From Oopsacas minuta (taxonomy: Eukaryota; Animalia; Porifera): 64,000 nt of DNA. Location of the stretch: assembly GCA_024704765.1 (NCBI GenBank), contig JAKMXF010000320.1, positions 124,001 to 188,000 of the forward strand, written 5' to 3'. This document shows, piece after piece, positions 1-12,489 of the stretch (positions are counted from its first letter, which is position 1; every line of letters starts with the position of its first letter). A program made the translations under genes and the position numbers. Below the pieces are notes generated by a model. The model worked only from the letters and a program-made list of their open reading frames with translations. It had not been told where the DNA came from and made no database searches.

Positions 1-642
1 TAGTAAACCTAAAATGTTTTTTATTTATTCATACTTAAAATTACTGAAAATTACCATCTAAAGTAAGATTATCACACTCTTATGTAAAATATGCAAGCAT
101 CAAAATGAAGTTATACAATTAATAGGAGATTTTATCCAATTGTCTCCATTACTAATTTTAAAACTCCGGCACTTTAAGTTCCTTGGGTATACACTTCTTT
201 TCGGTAATCATTTTACCCTAAAAACTGTTATTGGAAAAAATCATTACCATTACGATGGAATGAAAAACAAGAAAATAATATCTGAAGAAGATTCAAATCT
301 ACCACGAAACATGAAAGTCAATTTTGCAGTATACTTGGCTATTCCTTGTTAGTTGACCTCAAACACAAGCATTGGGGGAGTTTAGTACGTATCATTCCTA
401 AATAAGTACATTAGATATATCGTAATATACTTGGCTAAATTATCAGTTTGCTTACTAATGGTATTAGAAACTATAAAAGTACAGTATTGAAGCCATATAC
501 TATCAAATCGCCAACATCTCCTATAACCATATAAGCCCTCTAAACGACCTTTAACATGATTTTACGATCTCGTCCCCCGAGCCCTCCAATTTTCTTGAAA
601 ATACATGCTAGTTAAGAGAAAGCTTACTATAAATGTATAATA

Positions 643-1666
643 AAGTAGAACCTCCCAAGCGGGGTATCCGGGAAACACTAACAAAATTCTGCACCCCACT
701 TAGGGAAATACTCCACTTCTGACATTATGTATTTCAGCGTTTTTACACATTTCAATAAGTATAGTTCTAGATTTTATTGATTATTACAGCCATTTTTGAA
801 GGAGCCACACACTGGAGCGAGATTTGAATGCTATTAGAATATAACAGGTCCAATGTTACAAAATATTGCCTTAATGACTTCAAAGAACCTGCCCAATTTG
901 GATGGTTTTAGCACTTCTAATGGCTAGCTAGAAAGGTTCCGAAGCCGCAATAGTATTATAAGTAAAGTTATACAAGGTAAAAGAGCGTCAGCTCCTCTGA
1001 ATGCTGTCGAGGATTTCAAGAAGATATTGTCTACTCTCCTTAACAAACTCCCGATATCCATACAATGGAAAGCTACTGCCAAAGATTGGATGAATTCTAC
1101 TTCTATAATTAAATGCTAGGATTGAGACACAGAAACAGAATGTCTCGCTCTATCTTGATAACTTTTCCGGGCATGAGCGTAGATTTGAATTAGCCAAGGA
1201 ACATTAACGGTTTAATCCATGTCCCTGTTGAACGGTTACTACCGAGTTGTACTTTTCTAGTACAACGTTGATCGAGGGATTGTTAACGCTTTGAAAATTA
1301 GATATCGTAATGAATTTTATCGAAAAACCTCCTATGGATGGTGTAGATATCCTATATGCATGCGTTTGGTTGGTAGGGCATGGTATTCGTTACACAATAC
1401 ATCCATCGTTTCTCTGAGAAAGCTGGTTTCTGCTTTGAATCAGATAATGAAATCATTCCTGATCTATATTCCATGATATTGTGAATCAAGATGAAAAGGA
1501 TATCCTTGATAAAGAAGCTTTGATAGCTGAAGACGCTGAGTTATAGAAATGATTGAGTTGTTCGACGCTAAGGAAGATCAAGTTGAAGGTGCCGTAGAAC
1601 TCAAAATTCCAGCAGTGCACCCCAATACCCTACTTCTGACATACCCCACTTTTGGAGGTTCTACTG
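643..1666 (+). mobile_element. Degenerate Tigger/pogo (Tc1/mariner superfamily) DNA transposon
   Basis: About 25-bp imperfect TIRs (agtagaacctcccaagcggggtat / ataccccacttttggaggttctact) flanked by TA. The interior translates to a broken CENP-B-type HTH motif (FSTSNG*LERFRSRN, compare FxASNGWLxRFKxRH) with stops. Confidence 0.7.
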
Positions 1667-2834
1667 TATGTGATTTAAACGTAGATAGGGATATTTGACT
1701 AGTGATTTATGCTAACTGCTAAGTTGAACAGAAAAATCGTCTCACTATGTGTTCGCTCTTCTGTAATTGAAATATCAAAATATACGTAGAGACTTGCTCT
1801 TAACGGCTATACATGGGTATTTGAGTACGCTGAATCCGAATTTCGCATTTTCAAGTTTATCATATGTAAATTATTGTTGAATTATGAATAGTAAGTAAAC
1901 AATTATCCAAATTTCTAAATATTGTTAGAGACTTTCTCTCAACAGGCATGTGGGGTACAAATTACGCTGGACCCGGTGGCCTAAGAGAAATTACGTCGGC
2001 ACAGGCGGTGATTTGAGATTTTTTACATCTCAGCATAAATAACCTATCAAATATCTCGATCTACGTCTAAATAAAAACTTACAAATTTATAGTTAATCTT
2101 TCTCTCGGAAACAAACGATAATATGTTTTGGCAAGAACTGTGAAAAATAACAGGGAAATTAAAAGGCCGCAAGGGTCGATACTGTAAAATCGAGAATTCA
2201 GGTTATTTAGAAGCCCAGCATTTATATAAATAGACTCAGGTAACCTAGCGGCGTCCAACAAGAAGTAATTCGATAGGGTTTGGATAAGTTTTAGAATGGA
2301 TTGTTGACACATTCCTGAGGCCTTTTGTGTTGCTATGGAAAAAATATCCCCGATAAGGTCATCTGATCGGACTTCAATGATTCAAGTTTGTTCAATTTTT
2401 ACAGTTCCTCTAGTGCTATCTGATGACTATACAAAATTCATCAAAAAATTTGCCCAAAGCGGATTTTGCGGTTTTGAATTCGTAATATAACATAATTCGT
2501 GACCTACGTTATAATAAGGCCTGTTCACTAGTGCGATTTTTTGGACCATGGATGTCGTTTAAGTCCATTAAATTTTATTTCAAATAATCATGTATTTGAT
2601 GTTATTCACCCAAATCGTGAACTTAAAAATTGTTCTTAAGCGATTTTGAAGACCATGGATGCATTTAAGTCCTTATTTTTACAATAAATGTTATAGTTAG
2701 AGAAAATTAACTAAAATGTGAATCCATGAGAGAAAATATTATTGGGTTTAATACTAAGCATATTTCAAATAGTGAGTGCCTGATAATAGTACAAAATAAT
2801 AAAAGATACGTATATTAAAGTGGTATGTGATAAG

Positions 2835-5190
2835 TTAATTAGGCTTCAATTTCTTTAATTTTCGAGTATTTTCGACACACGGTTTCAATGGTAGCTGGGA
2901 ATTCATGTTCTTAATCTTATTTGATATAAGACAGTTTGAAGTAGCAGTCAATAGTTTAGCTAATACATCCCACATGAGTGTACCACATTCGTCACACATC
3001 ACTCTCCATACTTCAGCTTGTTCATCTTCTATAAGACTTGTTGTTAACTGTATCAGGATACTTCTAGAAGGACCGGTTATAAAGTTATTGAATATGCTTG
3101 GTTGACTCTCGATAGAAGAGAATACTTTCCATAGCGTAATAATTGCGTCTATGACATCACTACTTGGCCATTTTAGTGAGCCTCGGTCGATTATCTGAAT
3201 TAATCGATATTCAGAATCTGAAGGTTCTTCAATTTCCATTTCTTTGTTTTCAGTGAGGAATAAGAGACATGATTGACATTTAGTAGAATGTTTGTAATAG
3301 GCATGCACTGAGTAGCCTGCTATAAAGGAGAGTGATTGGAGTATTTGCTTGTTTAATTCTATCCCTGAATATCCCTGAATCGCCGAGAGATACATCTCCA
3401 AGCTGAAAGACGCATGGGAGTCTTGGTCACAAGAGGATGAGCACGATTCTAAGAAGTTCTTAAGTGATATGCTATCTTCTACAGGCTTTTTCGAAAATAA
3501 TTTGAGTATGCTGGACAACTTTATTCTCCGTTCTGTTTCAAGGACCTGGCAGTAGCTAATGTGGTATTGTGCTCCTGACATCATCCTATACAAGCCAAAA
3601 TGATGCTCAAGTGGATCATTTTGCAAGAACGAAGAAAGGACGTACGAATAGCCACAATTTCCAGTCAGATGGTTTACAATGCACGGGAGTGCAATACAAG
3701 AGTGACGGAAACTTGTAGAGGTTTGAGGACTTAATTTACCTCTTTTGTCAGGCATGACTCGCCAACATTCAGCCCAATCAACTACACGTTGAAGGAACAT
3801 AAATCTGGTATCATTGTAGGTAAGTGGAACTGAAAATTCATCTTTGTGAAGGATACCCTTGTTCGGAGTATTGATGTTGAATAGCTTCCAAACATTACAA
3901 ATAATGGTAATAAAGTCTGCAGTCTGTGAATTTCTAGAAGTGTGGTATCGCGATTGGTAGCTAACGTTTAATGCAGCGGCTGTAGATTCATCAAATATCC
4001 TTAAAGCTAAAGAAACATTTTGTCGTTCTAAAGTGGAAGGCCAACAAGCTTTAAAGGTTAATCTTGGAGCTAATTTAGCAACAGAGTGTTGGTCACCTTT
4101 ATATAATTCGCGAATTTCTTCGAAAACTGCAGTGCTCGCAACTTGTATGTTCTCAAAATCTGGATAAGTGAATGTTTTATTATAATCTATTTGGTTTAGC
4201 CAGTTATTACGTATCAATTTGATTATATGAACGAAGTCAAAAAGCAAAAACAATGGCCGGTTTGAGTCCATAGGGTGAGGAACAATATGCTCTAGAAGTC
4301 GGCTGGGAGAAAATAACTTGAAAATGTTAACGTTCATCGGGTAATTATCAGTACATAAAACGTGTACAGAGAGTCCACATGCTTCAACATCACGAATAAC
4401 ATCTTTGATGATAGGAAAGAGTACCTCAGCAGATGAGCTGGAACAGGGCAGTAAACGGACAATACTGGACCATCGTTTGGACAAACTTGATATCATGAAG
4501 GCAAAAACGGTTTTTGCAGGATCAGTAGGATTCAAAGAAGATCCAATTATCTTACCTCCTTTTGTATGTAAATGTGGATTTTACATGAATTTCATCCATC
4601 TGAATCACTACATTTCGTTCCCATTTGTTAAACTGAGTGACTGATTGTTTGAGATAGTTGGTAAACTCAGAATCCAAACCAAAATTGGAATATAAGCGCT
4701 TTAGAGTAGAAAGGTGCGGCAATGATAGACAGTCCAGGGATTGAAGATATCTATAACAAACTGGCGAGATAAGCTGGCATTTGAGGGACAAGACAAGAGT
4801 TTCGATGTTGTATCGCCTCATAGTTTTCGCGATCAAAGCGTTATCCAATTGGCATAGAATAAACTGAAGACTTGATAATAGAGGCTGTTGGTTTCCAGAT
4901 TCTTCTCCAGTTGAAAGGGAGTCTATAGCTTTACGAATGCTTCCGGTTGCTTCTCTGACATGGTGTTGGAATGTTTCAGGAGAATTAGTAGGGGCAGAAT
5001 GGTTTTCAATTTCTTTAAGCAAATCGTTAAGTTGACGAATATCATTTATCTGAGTGAGAAAGAGGAATGCGTATACCTTCGTAGAAACCCATAGTATGTA
5101 ATGTTTCGGTAATAGTTAACGAGCATCTAATTGTAATCAAACTGTTATTCGTTGTAGAAGGTTTGAGTAAATTAAAGGAATTATCATCAG
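2835..5190 (-). mobile_element. P-element/THAP9-type transposase, frameshifted, N-terminal THAP domain absent
   Basis: ORFs 4552-5022 and 2835-4535 join by removing one A in the run at 4560-4563, giving MDEIHVKSTFTYKGGKIIGSSLNPTDPAKTVF. The P-type motifs CTDNYP, FDFVHIIK and QNDPLEHHFG are intact. A second frameshift lies near 5050. The 5' end is replaced by a Helitron-like 5' terminus (5195-5270). No TIRs found. Confidence 0.85.
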
Positions 5191-5289
5191 ATGCGACAAT
5201 TCCATAATTGCATACCATAAATCCTTTCCTGATAACGAACAAACAATCATTGTGATTTTAATAATATAGATTATGTAATTAATTAAAAA

Positions 5290-5455
5290 CAGTGGAACCT
5301 CGTTAATACAAATACTGTTAATACGAATTTCCGAATAAGACGAAAATATTTACACATAATCAGGTCCCTACAATATATATTCAATTGGTATTACTCCGAA
5401 TAAGGCAAACATCTTTTGACCGTCCGTACGTGTTGGTATTAACTAGGTTCCACTG
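5290..5455. mobile_element. Tigger/pogo-type MITE
   Basis: TIR cagtggaacctcgttaatac / gtattaactaggttccactg; non-coding interior. Confidence 0.75.
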
Positions 5456-5892
5456 TGCGTATATAAATGTTCTATAGGTCACCAAAAAATACTTGGATAA
5501 CATGAGTTATGTAAGTCAGTACGGGCATTGAATATGGTATATTAACTGTGGGTGTATGTTTTGATCCTATGTAGGGTCAGAAATAGTTAATTTCTCTGTG
5601 ATAAAATATTGAAATTTATTTCTCTTTGCTACAAATTTAAATAACCTTAATTTGCATTATTAGTACAGATTTTAAAAGGTGTAAAAGAGATAACTGTGAG
5701 TGTCTATGGAAACTAAACAGACGAATAAATAGGTGTGTTGCCTGTAGATCTGCTGCTTATCATTGAAATATTCTTGAGACTTCTTGATATATAACTAGTA
5801 CATCTTCTCCAGTAATGTCACCACTTCCTCAGTTCTGTAATATAACATCTGACTACGTATATATTTTAATATTAGGTTTGTTATGCGGAATG

Positions 5893-7077
5893 TTAAATAG
5901 AAGAAAATTGGTCTAAATATTTGCTAAACAATATAAAAGGTTCTAAAACAGAAATACAGTAGCTGGAGTAATTCGTTCTGTTAAATTTATAATTTTCAGC
6001 GTAGTCGATTGTGTGAATTAATTGTCCTCTCTGATTGTAAATCTTAATTCTCTTCTCCTGGTTGTGGCTAAATAGAATATTTCCTGACAAATCAATGACA
6101 AAACTGAATAAGTCTATTTCAGGACATAACACATTAAACACTCTTAAACAAATACCATCTGTATCAAACACTTGCAATGGATAACCAGCTCCATAGAATA
6201 GCACGTATACTTCTTCTTTACAAATATGTATGTCTCGAATATTTGGACTCTTTTTAATGCGATGCGAAATTCTCAATTCAACTTCTCTCTGCTTCAAGAT
6301 ATTGTTACTATATACACAAAATGATATTATTTTACCAATTAATAAATCGCCTCTCGAAGTTAACGCTAATCCAAAATATTTATCTTCTCCTCCTATCGCT
6401 CCTGACCGGGCAACTATTTCTCCAGTAGTACGACTATATTTTAACAGTTCCGGGTTCATATAGAACCAGTTTTGCTTCAAAACATAAAAGTGTAAGCTGT
6501 CTATACAAATGTAAGTTATTCGTCCCAAATTTTGAAAAGAATTTACAATTTTATTCGTGATTATATCCTTCTCATAGACTGCATTATTGCGAGCGAAAAA
6601 AACAGTTAGAGCTAAGGGATCAGAAGCTATACAGCTGACTGGTGAGTTATGAGACAAATCATTTTCATTTTCCAAATTCAATACCAGTACATCTCTGTAC
6701 ATAGCATACGGATTCATTATACACCTCATCTTACCAACATTAATAATACTGTCTTGCCATTTAACATGTATGTTACTTGGTAATGTGTATTTCTTGATTC
6801 GATACAGATCCCTCTTAAGCGAACGAAAATTCTTCATTAGGAACCCTTGATACTTTTCTAGATACATATCCAGCTCATAATTTAGATATTCTATCACTCC
6901 ACTCGCCTCACTTGCTATAATATCTTCTTCTAACAAAATATAATCAATTTCGACTAGACTCAGTTCTATTAACATATTCACATTATTCTGTAAGCTAGTA
7001 ACGTTAATATAAGAACCCACTAACCGTCTGATAATCTCTTCTTTACAGATTTGTATTTCACTCTTAAACTTGTCCAT
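5893..7077 (-). CDS. Orphan protein with helical N-terminus and C-terminal NHL-like beta-propeller repeats (394 aa, intronless)
   Basis: Open 394-aa ORF. Repeats such as FGLALTSRGDLLI, IRDIHICKEEVYV and FVIDLSGNILFSHNQEKRIKIYNQRGQLIHTI resemble NHL blades. No RING or B-box seen. Confidence 0.55.
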   Translation of the reverse strand: MDKFKSEIQICKEEIIRRLVGSYINVTSLQNNVNMLIELSLVEIDYILLEEDIIASEASGVIEYLNYELDMYLEKYQGFLMKNFRSLKRDLYRIKKYTLPSNIHVKWQDSIINVGKMRCIMNPYAMYRDVLVLNLENENDLSHNSPVSCIASDPLALTVFFARNNAVYEKDIITNKIVNSFQNLGRITYICIDSLHFYVLKQNWFYMNPELLKYSRTTGEIVARSGAIGGEDKYFGLALTSRGDLLIGKIISFCVYSNNILKQREVELRISHRIKKSPNIRDIHICKEEVYVLFYGAGYPLQVFDTDGICLRVFNVLCPEIDLFSFVIDLSGNILFSHNQEKRIKIYNQRGQLIHTIDYAENYKFNRTNYSSYCISVLEPFILFSKYLDQFSSI

Positions 7078-7181
7078 CTTCTAAGTATGATAGTTGGAAA
7101 TTGAAAAATAAGCTTTAGGAAATTCTACCTTACTACAAGTTATCAAATTTATCTTAATAATATGGATAAAGAAATCTTATA

Positions 7182-7343
7182 TGTAGACTCTGCAAAGTTA
7201 ATCGGGTTACTTGGCCAGAACAAAACCATACAAATAGACTTAAAAGACTCCGGTTAGCGGTTAATCGAGCCAACACCCTTATTCAGCTTAACCGGCTCAA
7301 AACGGCCTGGCCCCGATGTGACCCTATTAAGCGGAGTCTACTA
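7182..7343. mobile_element. pogo-type MITE, same family as 16543-16701
   Basis: Shares gtagactc...ttaatcgggttacttggccagaacaaaaccata...gtgaccctattaagcggagtctac with the copy at 16543-16701. Confidence 0.7.
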
Positions 7344-7950
7344 TATATTGTAAGAAATAGAAAATATTTGAAATAAGTCACTGTTTCATCTGTCCGGTTA
7401 CCGGGATTACCGGAATATTAGATATTAGTCAACAGGTTCCCAATAGTTTACATTCTCATATTGACAAAGACCCAAAACCCAAAACCCGAAGACAAAATAA
7501 TCCAAATAATTTGGATAACACAAATTACACAGATTATTACTGTGCTGACAATAATATATACTTGTAGACTTGTAGTATAGTGGTTCAGTACTAAAATGGT
7601 TGACTTTCTTAGTAAGTTTATACGTATGTGTTCACTCTCCTGTTCACACCTTTAGACGGATATATAAGGGAATCAATGCTGAACGGGTGCCTATAGGAAA
7701 ATATGTCGGCATAGGCGGTGATTTGAGAAATTTGAAGACAATAAACCTGGTGTAATCAAAAGATTTGGGCTGTACAGTGTACACTTATAAATTGTGAAGT
7801 ATAGGTCACGGATAATCATCGAACACAGAATTTGACGAATTTTAAAGTTTTAAGCATATCCATACGACCAAATATTTCAAGGAATTTAGAGTAGAGGAAC
7901 AGAGCGTGGATCAGATTAAGATCATAAAATTCTGATACCATGATAAGTTA

Positions 7951-8886
7951 TTACTTTGGTCGTTTAAAAACATGCCAGAAATTACAGTATTTTCCTCTGC
8001 TACATCTCTTCCTACTCCATTTAGTAAGATTATTACCATACACAACCTGACAGATAGCTCTATCAAAATCTTCTAAACAGCTATACTCACACTGAACTAG
8101 CCTACGGTTATACCAGCGTGCATTCAGAGCCTCTCTACACTTTACAGCATTTTCTGTTCTCTCAAACAGTACGATAACATTCCCTCTGAGATGTGAGGAA
8201 TAATTAGCACAGACTTCAAACCTCAATACTCTTCCAGACTTGCTAACCTCTAGATAAACATCTTTGTAAAATGCTAAGTAGCACTGATAGAGGTCCCAGT
8301 CATCAATCTCCAATTCTACATCTTGTTCCCTTCCATCTACCATGCTCCCGCTAATTCCTATCTCTGTGAACAAGTGAGGGAACACTAGTGTCCTGGATAC
8401 CCGAGGGTAATAATGGTATTTGTCACATCTATCTCCGAATTGACATGCACCAGTCTTTGAGAAGAAGCTACACAGAGTGTCTGTATCAGGTGCGAAGGGG
8501 AGGTGTGTCATAAAGGGCATAATATGGTTATCTTTAATAAGACTAATGCTGCTCTTGCCCTTATAACTCTCTTTGACTACAGGAATAGAGCTAGTGATTA
8601 TTTCCTTATTAGTTTTCAGTCTGGATATGGTCTCTCTTTCCCTGGCAACCCAAGAAAACTCCTGGAATGTCCTTTCTTCTTCGTTCAATACATCTAGTCT
8701 GTTTTCGAGATGATTTACTGTTTCACTAATCTTAGCTACTTCTAAAGCTAAATTATATCTATTCTTAGCTAGTTGTTGTCTCATAACTCTTCTCTTCTCT
8801 TTCTTGAAAAGTTGTCTCCTCATCTTGTGCGTCATAGAGAGATAATCAATTCCTCTCTCTCTTAGGAGAGATTTTATGTCTGACAT
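7951..8886 (-). CDS. ZRSR2: U2AF35-related splicing factor ZRSR2/Urp (CCCH-UHM-CCCH), intronless, no RS tail
   Basis: Charged helical N-terminus, ZnF1 CSFFSKTGACQFGDRCDKYH, UHM with LRGNV and RWYNRR, ZnF2 ending CSRGKYCNFWHVF. Confidence 0.85.
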   Translation of the reverse strand: MSDIKSLLRERGIDYLSMTHKMRRQLFKKEKRRVMRQQLAKNRYNLALEVAKISETVNHLENRLDVLNEEERTFQEFSWVARERETISRLKTNKEIITSSIPVVKESYKGKSSISLIKDNHIMPFMTHLPFAPDTDTLCSFFSKTGACQFGDRCDKYHYYPRVSRTLVFPHLFTEIGISGSMVDGREQDVELEIDDWDLYQCYLAFYKDVYLEVSKSGRVLRFEVCANYSSHLRGNVIVLFERTENAVKCREALNARWYNRRLVQCEYSCLEDFDRAICQVVYGNNLTKWSRKRCSRGKYCNFWHVFKRPK

Positions 8887-9432
8887 CTCTAAATTACTAT
8901 TCCATTATTTCAGAGTTCCTAGTCGAGAAGACGAGTGTGATGTTGGCTTAGTATTTAACTGAGCACACTTGAAATCAATTGTTAATACACTTCCTGTCAT
9001 CTGATCTTCCCAATTTATTGGTATTATCCGAAACAGCAGACAAGGTTTCATCACATGTGAAAAATATCTGAAAATATAACTTTTTCACAAATCTTATCAT
9101 ACTTTTAGTAAATCAGATGACGGGAAGTTTATCAAATAAAGATTTAAAGATTTAAAGTAGCTCCAAAATGTAATTTTTTTTAAATTGTGGAAAAAAGTTT
9201 TCAAATAAATGTTTACACATAATGAAACCTCAGTGGTTGCTTTCGAATAATACTAAATTTGGGTACCTCGGATGGCAGGAAGTGTGGGAAAAATGGATTT
9301 CAAGTCAATATTCGGTTACAACCTTGAATTTAACCTAATATTATTCCATATTTGAAATCTAAGAAACAACAATTATCCTATTAGTCAACTAGTTATTATA
9401 GAGATATGAGTAATAGTTCTAAGTCAAATAGA

Positions 9433-9939
9433 TTACTTATTGAAGCTCCCCCCGTAGGGACCTGCTCCTCTTCCCATTCCGTGAAATTCCGGTTGGAAAC
9501 CATCACCTCCGACTCCTCCGGGCTTCGGTACATCCCCCCAAGCCCCATCTGTACTATCCTGAGTCTTCCTGTAGGCGTCCCTGTCCTCGTCACGAGGTCC
9601 AGATCCTGAAGGACCAAATCCAGGTTTACCACGGGGTAAAGCTGTCCTGGTGAAGGCAGGCCTCTTGAGGGTAGCGGGTACCACGTCTGAAGGCAGATGG
9701 AGATAATCCCTGAGGTACTGGATACCATCGTTAGTTAGGCGCCAATAGAAATGCTGCCAAGCGAACTTCTCTGTTACGTAACCACGACTCTTGAGAGACT
9801 GTAGAGCCTTGAGGACGTATAGGTTAGGAACCTTAATGTGAGGGTTTTCACTCATAGTACAGTCCTTCTTTGCTACGAGCACACCTTCTGTGAAGAGATA
9901 CTCATAAATCTTCTTGCGATCTTTCTTTGGCATCAACAT
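9433..9939 (-). CDS. RPS10: 40S ribosomal protein S10 (eS10), intronless
   Basis: [26 protein letters not shown]...[19 protein letters not shown]...[25 protein letters not shown]. Confidence 0.97.
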   Translation of the reverse strand: MLMPKKDRKKIYEYLFTEGVLVAKKDCTMSENPHIKVPNLYVLKALQSLKSRGYVTEKFAWQHFYWRLTNDGIQYLRDYLHLPSDVVPATLKRPAFTRTALPRGKPGFGPSGSGPRDEDRDAYRKTQDSTDGAWGDVPKPGGVGGDGFQPEFHGMGRGAGPYGGSFNK

Positions 9940-9983
9940 CTTAGATAGCTGTATTACTTATTGCTTTAATTAATAAACAAATA

Positions 9984-10722
9984 CAGTCAACATACGGTAT
10001 CTCGAATGCCGGTTAACTCGAACGAATATTCACGTTGTACTCTTAGTACTTATCGGATCCATTAACTCGAACATTCGATTTTTTGAACAGATTCAGTCAG
10101 AGTTCGAGTTACCGGATGTTAGCTGTATAGTAATTAACAATATAAATTTTGATAATTTGGATTTGAATGTTTATTATTATTATTGCATCTTTGAAAAGAT
10201 CACTAAATACGGAATAAAATTAAAATTTTCAGTTGTTAATCATTGAAAAAAGTGTCGCATTCGAACTGATTTGGACTTACCCTGAGGCTCGAATTACCGA
10301 TGTTGACTGTATTGGTAAGATTTTTAATAGCACTTTTATATGAAATTTAATAAGATAACTGGGATTGGAGTGGATATATTGATATGTTTCTGATTGAGAC
10401 CATATTCTGATACTAAGTATCTATAATCATTGTTTCCCACAGTATATCATAATTGGGATTGATCACTACTCTGATGCATATATTGTATTAAGTTCTCATA
10501 TTGCTACACATTCGTAGCGCATCTAGATTGCAAAGCTCGTTATTAAACGGCTTAATGAAGTGCTTTACTAGAAACACTGTTTGCAATTATGGATATTAGT
10601 CGAAGAATGCTTAATTGTGTAACGAAAATATAGATCTACAGTTAAAATCCGGTAACTCGAACTCTCAGGGAAATCAATATCTGGTCGAGATAACGAATGC
10701 TCGAGTTACCGGTTGTTGACTG
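9984..10722. mobile_element. Cluster of one pogo-type MITE family (9984-10125, partial 10258-10311, 10639-10722)
   Basis: TA-flanked ends cagtcaacatacggtatctcgaa / tcgagttaccggatgttagctg and cagttaaaatccggtaactcgaa / tcgagttaccggttgttgactg. Confidence 0.7.
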
Positions 10723-10940
10723 TATTAGCATTTACTAACGCGCTTCACAGAAATTGGGTAGCATTTTATGGGCTATATGAATATAAACCTGCTGCTGGAT
10801 CTGAGACATTCAAATTTTGAGTAAATATAAATTCGCCTACAAACCAATACGTAACATAAATACATGATATTTAAATAAGTGATGTTTGCATACAATACAA
10901 TTGGATAAAATCAAATAAGAGAAATAATATTATCTGTATG

Positions 10941-11810
10941 TTAGTTTCCTGAATAAATACCAGACTTAGATACTTTGATATCTTTCTTGGGTCTCTGGTT
11001 AAAAGTAGCAACAGATTCCAGATTTACAAGTAATTCTGTTCCTTCCACTAGCTGACCGAATGCTACATAATTTTTATCCATCCATTTAGCTGTTTGGAAT
11101 GTGATATAAAACTGAGAGCCATTAGTATGTGGACCTTTGTTAGCATATCCTAACACTCCTCTTCTGTCGTGTGGTACAGCAAATGATTCGTCTTCAAACA
11201 CTTCCCCATCAAAAACACATATACTGTTAGTCCCACCACCATCTACAATGTCTCCGCCTTGTATCCATCCTCCTGGTAGCATACGATGCATAGGTGACCC
11301 TACAAAGCTCAGAGTCACGTCTCCCTTCTTCCCAGCTGCTCCTGTACAGAGCTGGAGGAAATTTTTACTTGATTTAGGACAGAGCCGTGTATCTAACTCA
11401 AACACAAGTTTCCCTAGAGTAGCTCCCTCACTAGCCAGTTCTAAATAAACAAATTTCTTACTGACGTCACTCAAATATTTGAGATAACTTTCTCTAGCTT
11501 CTGATTCATAACTCTTAACTTCTCTATCAAATGTGTGATTGAATTTCTCCTGAGCCCAGGTAAACAGCTGAGAGTGACCGCCTAAAAACTGTCCATTGAG
11601 TAGCACTACACACGAATCTTTGAAACTCCAAGCTTCTTCTCTCCACTCCCGCTTCTCTTGCTGGACGTAAGCATTCCAGCTGAACTCAAATTCTCCAAGA
11701 GTTGACACTTCCGTCACGCGACCAGCTGATTTCAGTTGATTGCTGAGTTCTGTACAGTAGTGGTACTCGCTGCTGCTGAGTAGACCTCTCACGTAAAGAT
11801 GATGTGACAT
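10941..11810 (-). CDS. PPIL6: Cyclophilin-like PPIase with N-terminal extension (PPIL6 type), intronless
   Basis: C-terminal cyclophilin domain (CPKSSKNF, HRMLPGGWIQGGD, FEDESF, ANKGPHTNGSQFYIT, WMDKNYVAFGQ) plus the roughly 115-aa N-terminal domain typical of PPIL6. Confidence 0.85.
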   Translation of the reverse strand: MSHHLYVRGLLSSSEYHYCTELSNQLKSAGRVTEVSTLGEFEFSWNAYVQQEKREWREEAWSFKDSCVVLLNGQFLGGHSQLFTWAQEKFNHTFDREVKSYESEARESYLKYLSDVSKKFVYLELASEGATLGKLVFELDTRLCPKSSKNFLQLCTGAAGKKGDVTLSFVGSPMHRMLPGGWIQGGDIVDGGGTNSICVFDGEVFEDESFAVPHDRRGVLGYANKGPHTNGSQFYITFQTAKWMDKNYVAFGQLVEGTELLVNLESVATFNQRPKKDIKVSKSGIYSGN

Positions 11811-12489
11811 AATATATTGCTTTTACAGATAAACTTATGTAATATCAGATTACATATTTACAGTATTATGTGTTATTATTTATTTAACACGTCCGCAACT
11901 GCAACCAAAAGTGGAGCTCTAAAGCAATGACCCACAAAAGGTATAGCTAAAAATTTTCAAAAGTGATTTTTCAAAAAGTCACATTTGAGAATCATTATCT
12001 TGAAGGTTGTCATATTTGCATATTTCGCGCAATGTTCAGCATTTTCCAATCTTTTTCGCAGTTTTCTAACAAATGTACTAATTTGAAATTTCGTGAAAGA
12101 TATGTATAATTTTCTGTCATTGATATTTAGGCCAAGCAAAGACCCTGCATAGCTATTCAATAGGCCTAATCATTTCCATGGCATATTATAATACAGCGGT
12201 CAGTGGAACTTGCATAAACCGACACTCGTGGGGACATGAAAATTGGTCGGGGGTTTAGCAAATTGTCGGTTTATGCAGACTCCCCTACTGTACTAAGAAA
12301 ATCATGTAATTTATATACTTTGTGACTCACCGGGGGGTCACGGGGTTTCGAATGTGTTAATTAAGAAAACAATTATTGAATTAAGATTTAATGAATACTA
12401 AAAATGATTCTACCGACAATTAAACTAGCTAAGCATCATCATAACATGCTAATATATTAGTATAAGTGATATATGTATTAATTGATAAA

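Noticed and set aside
5042-5242. ORF 5042-5242 as the P-transposase N-terminus
   Set aside because: Its first codons come from the Helitron-like 5' terminus (5195-5270); only the distal part is plausibly transposase.
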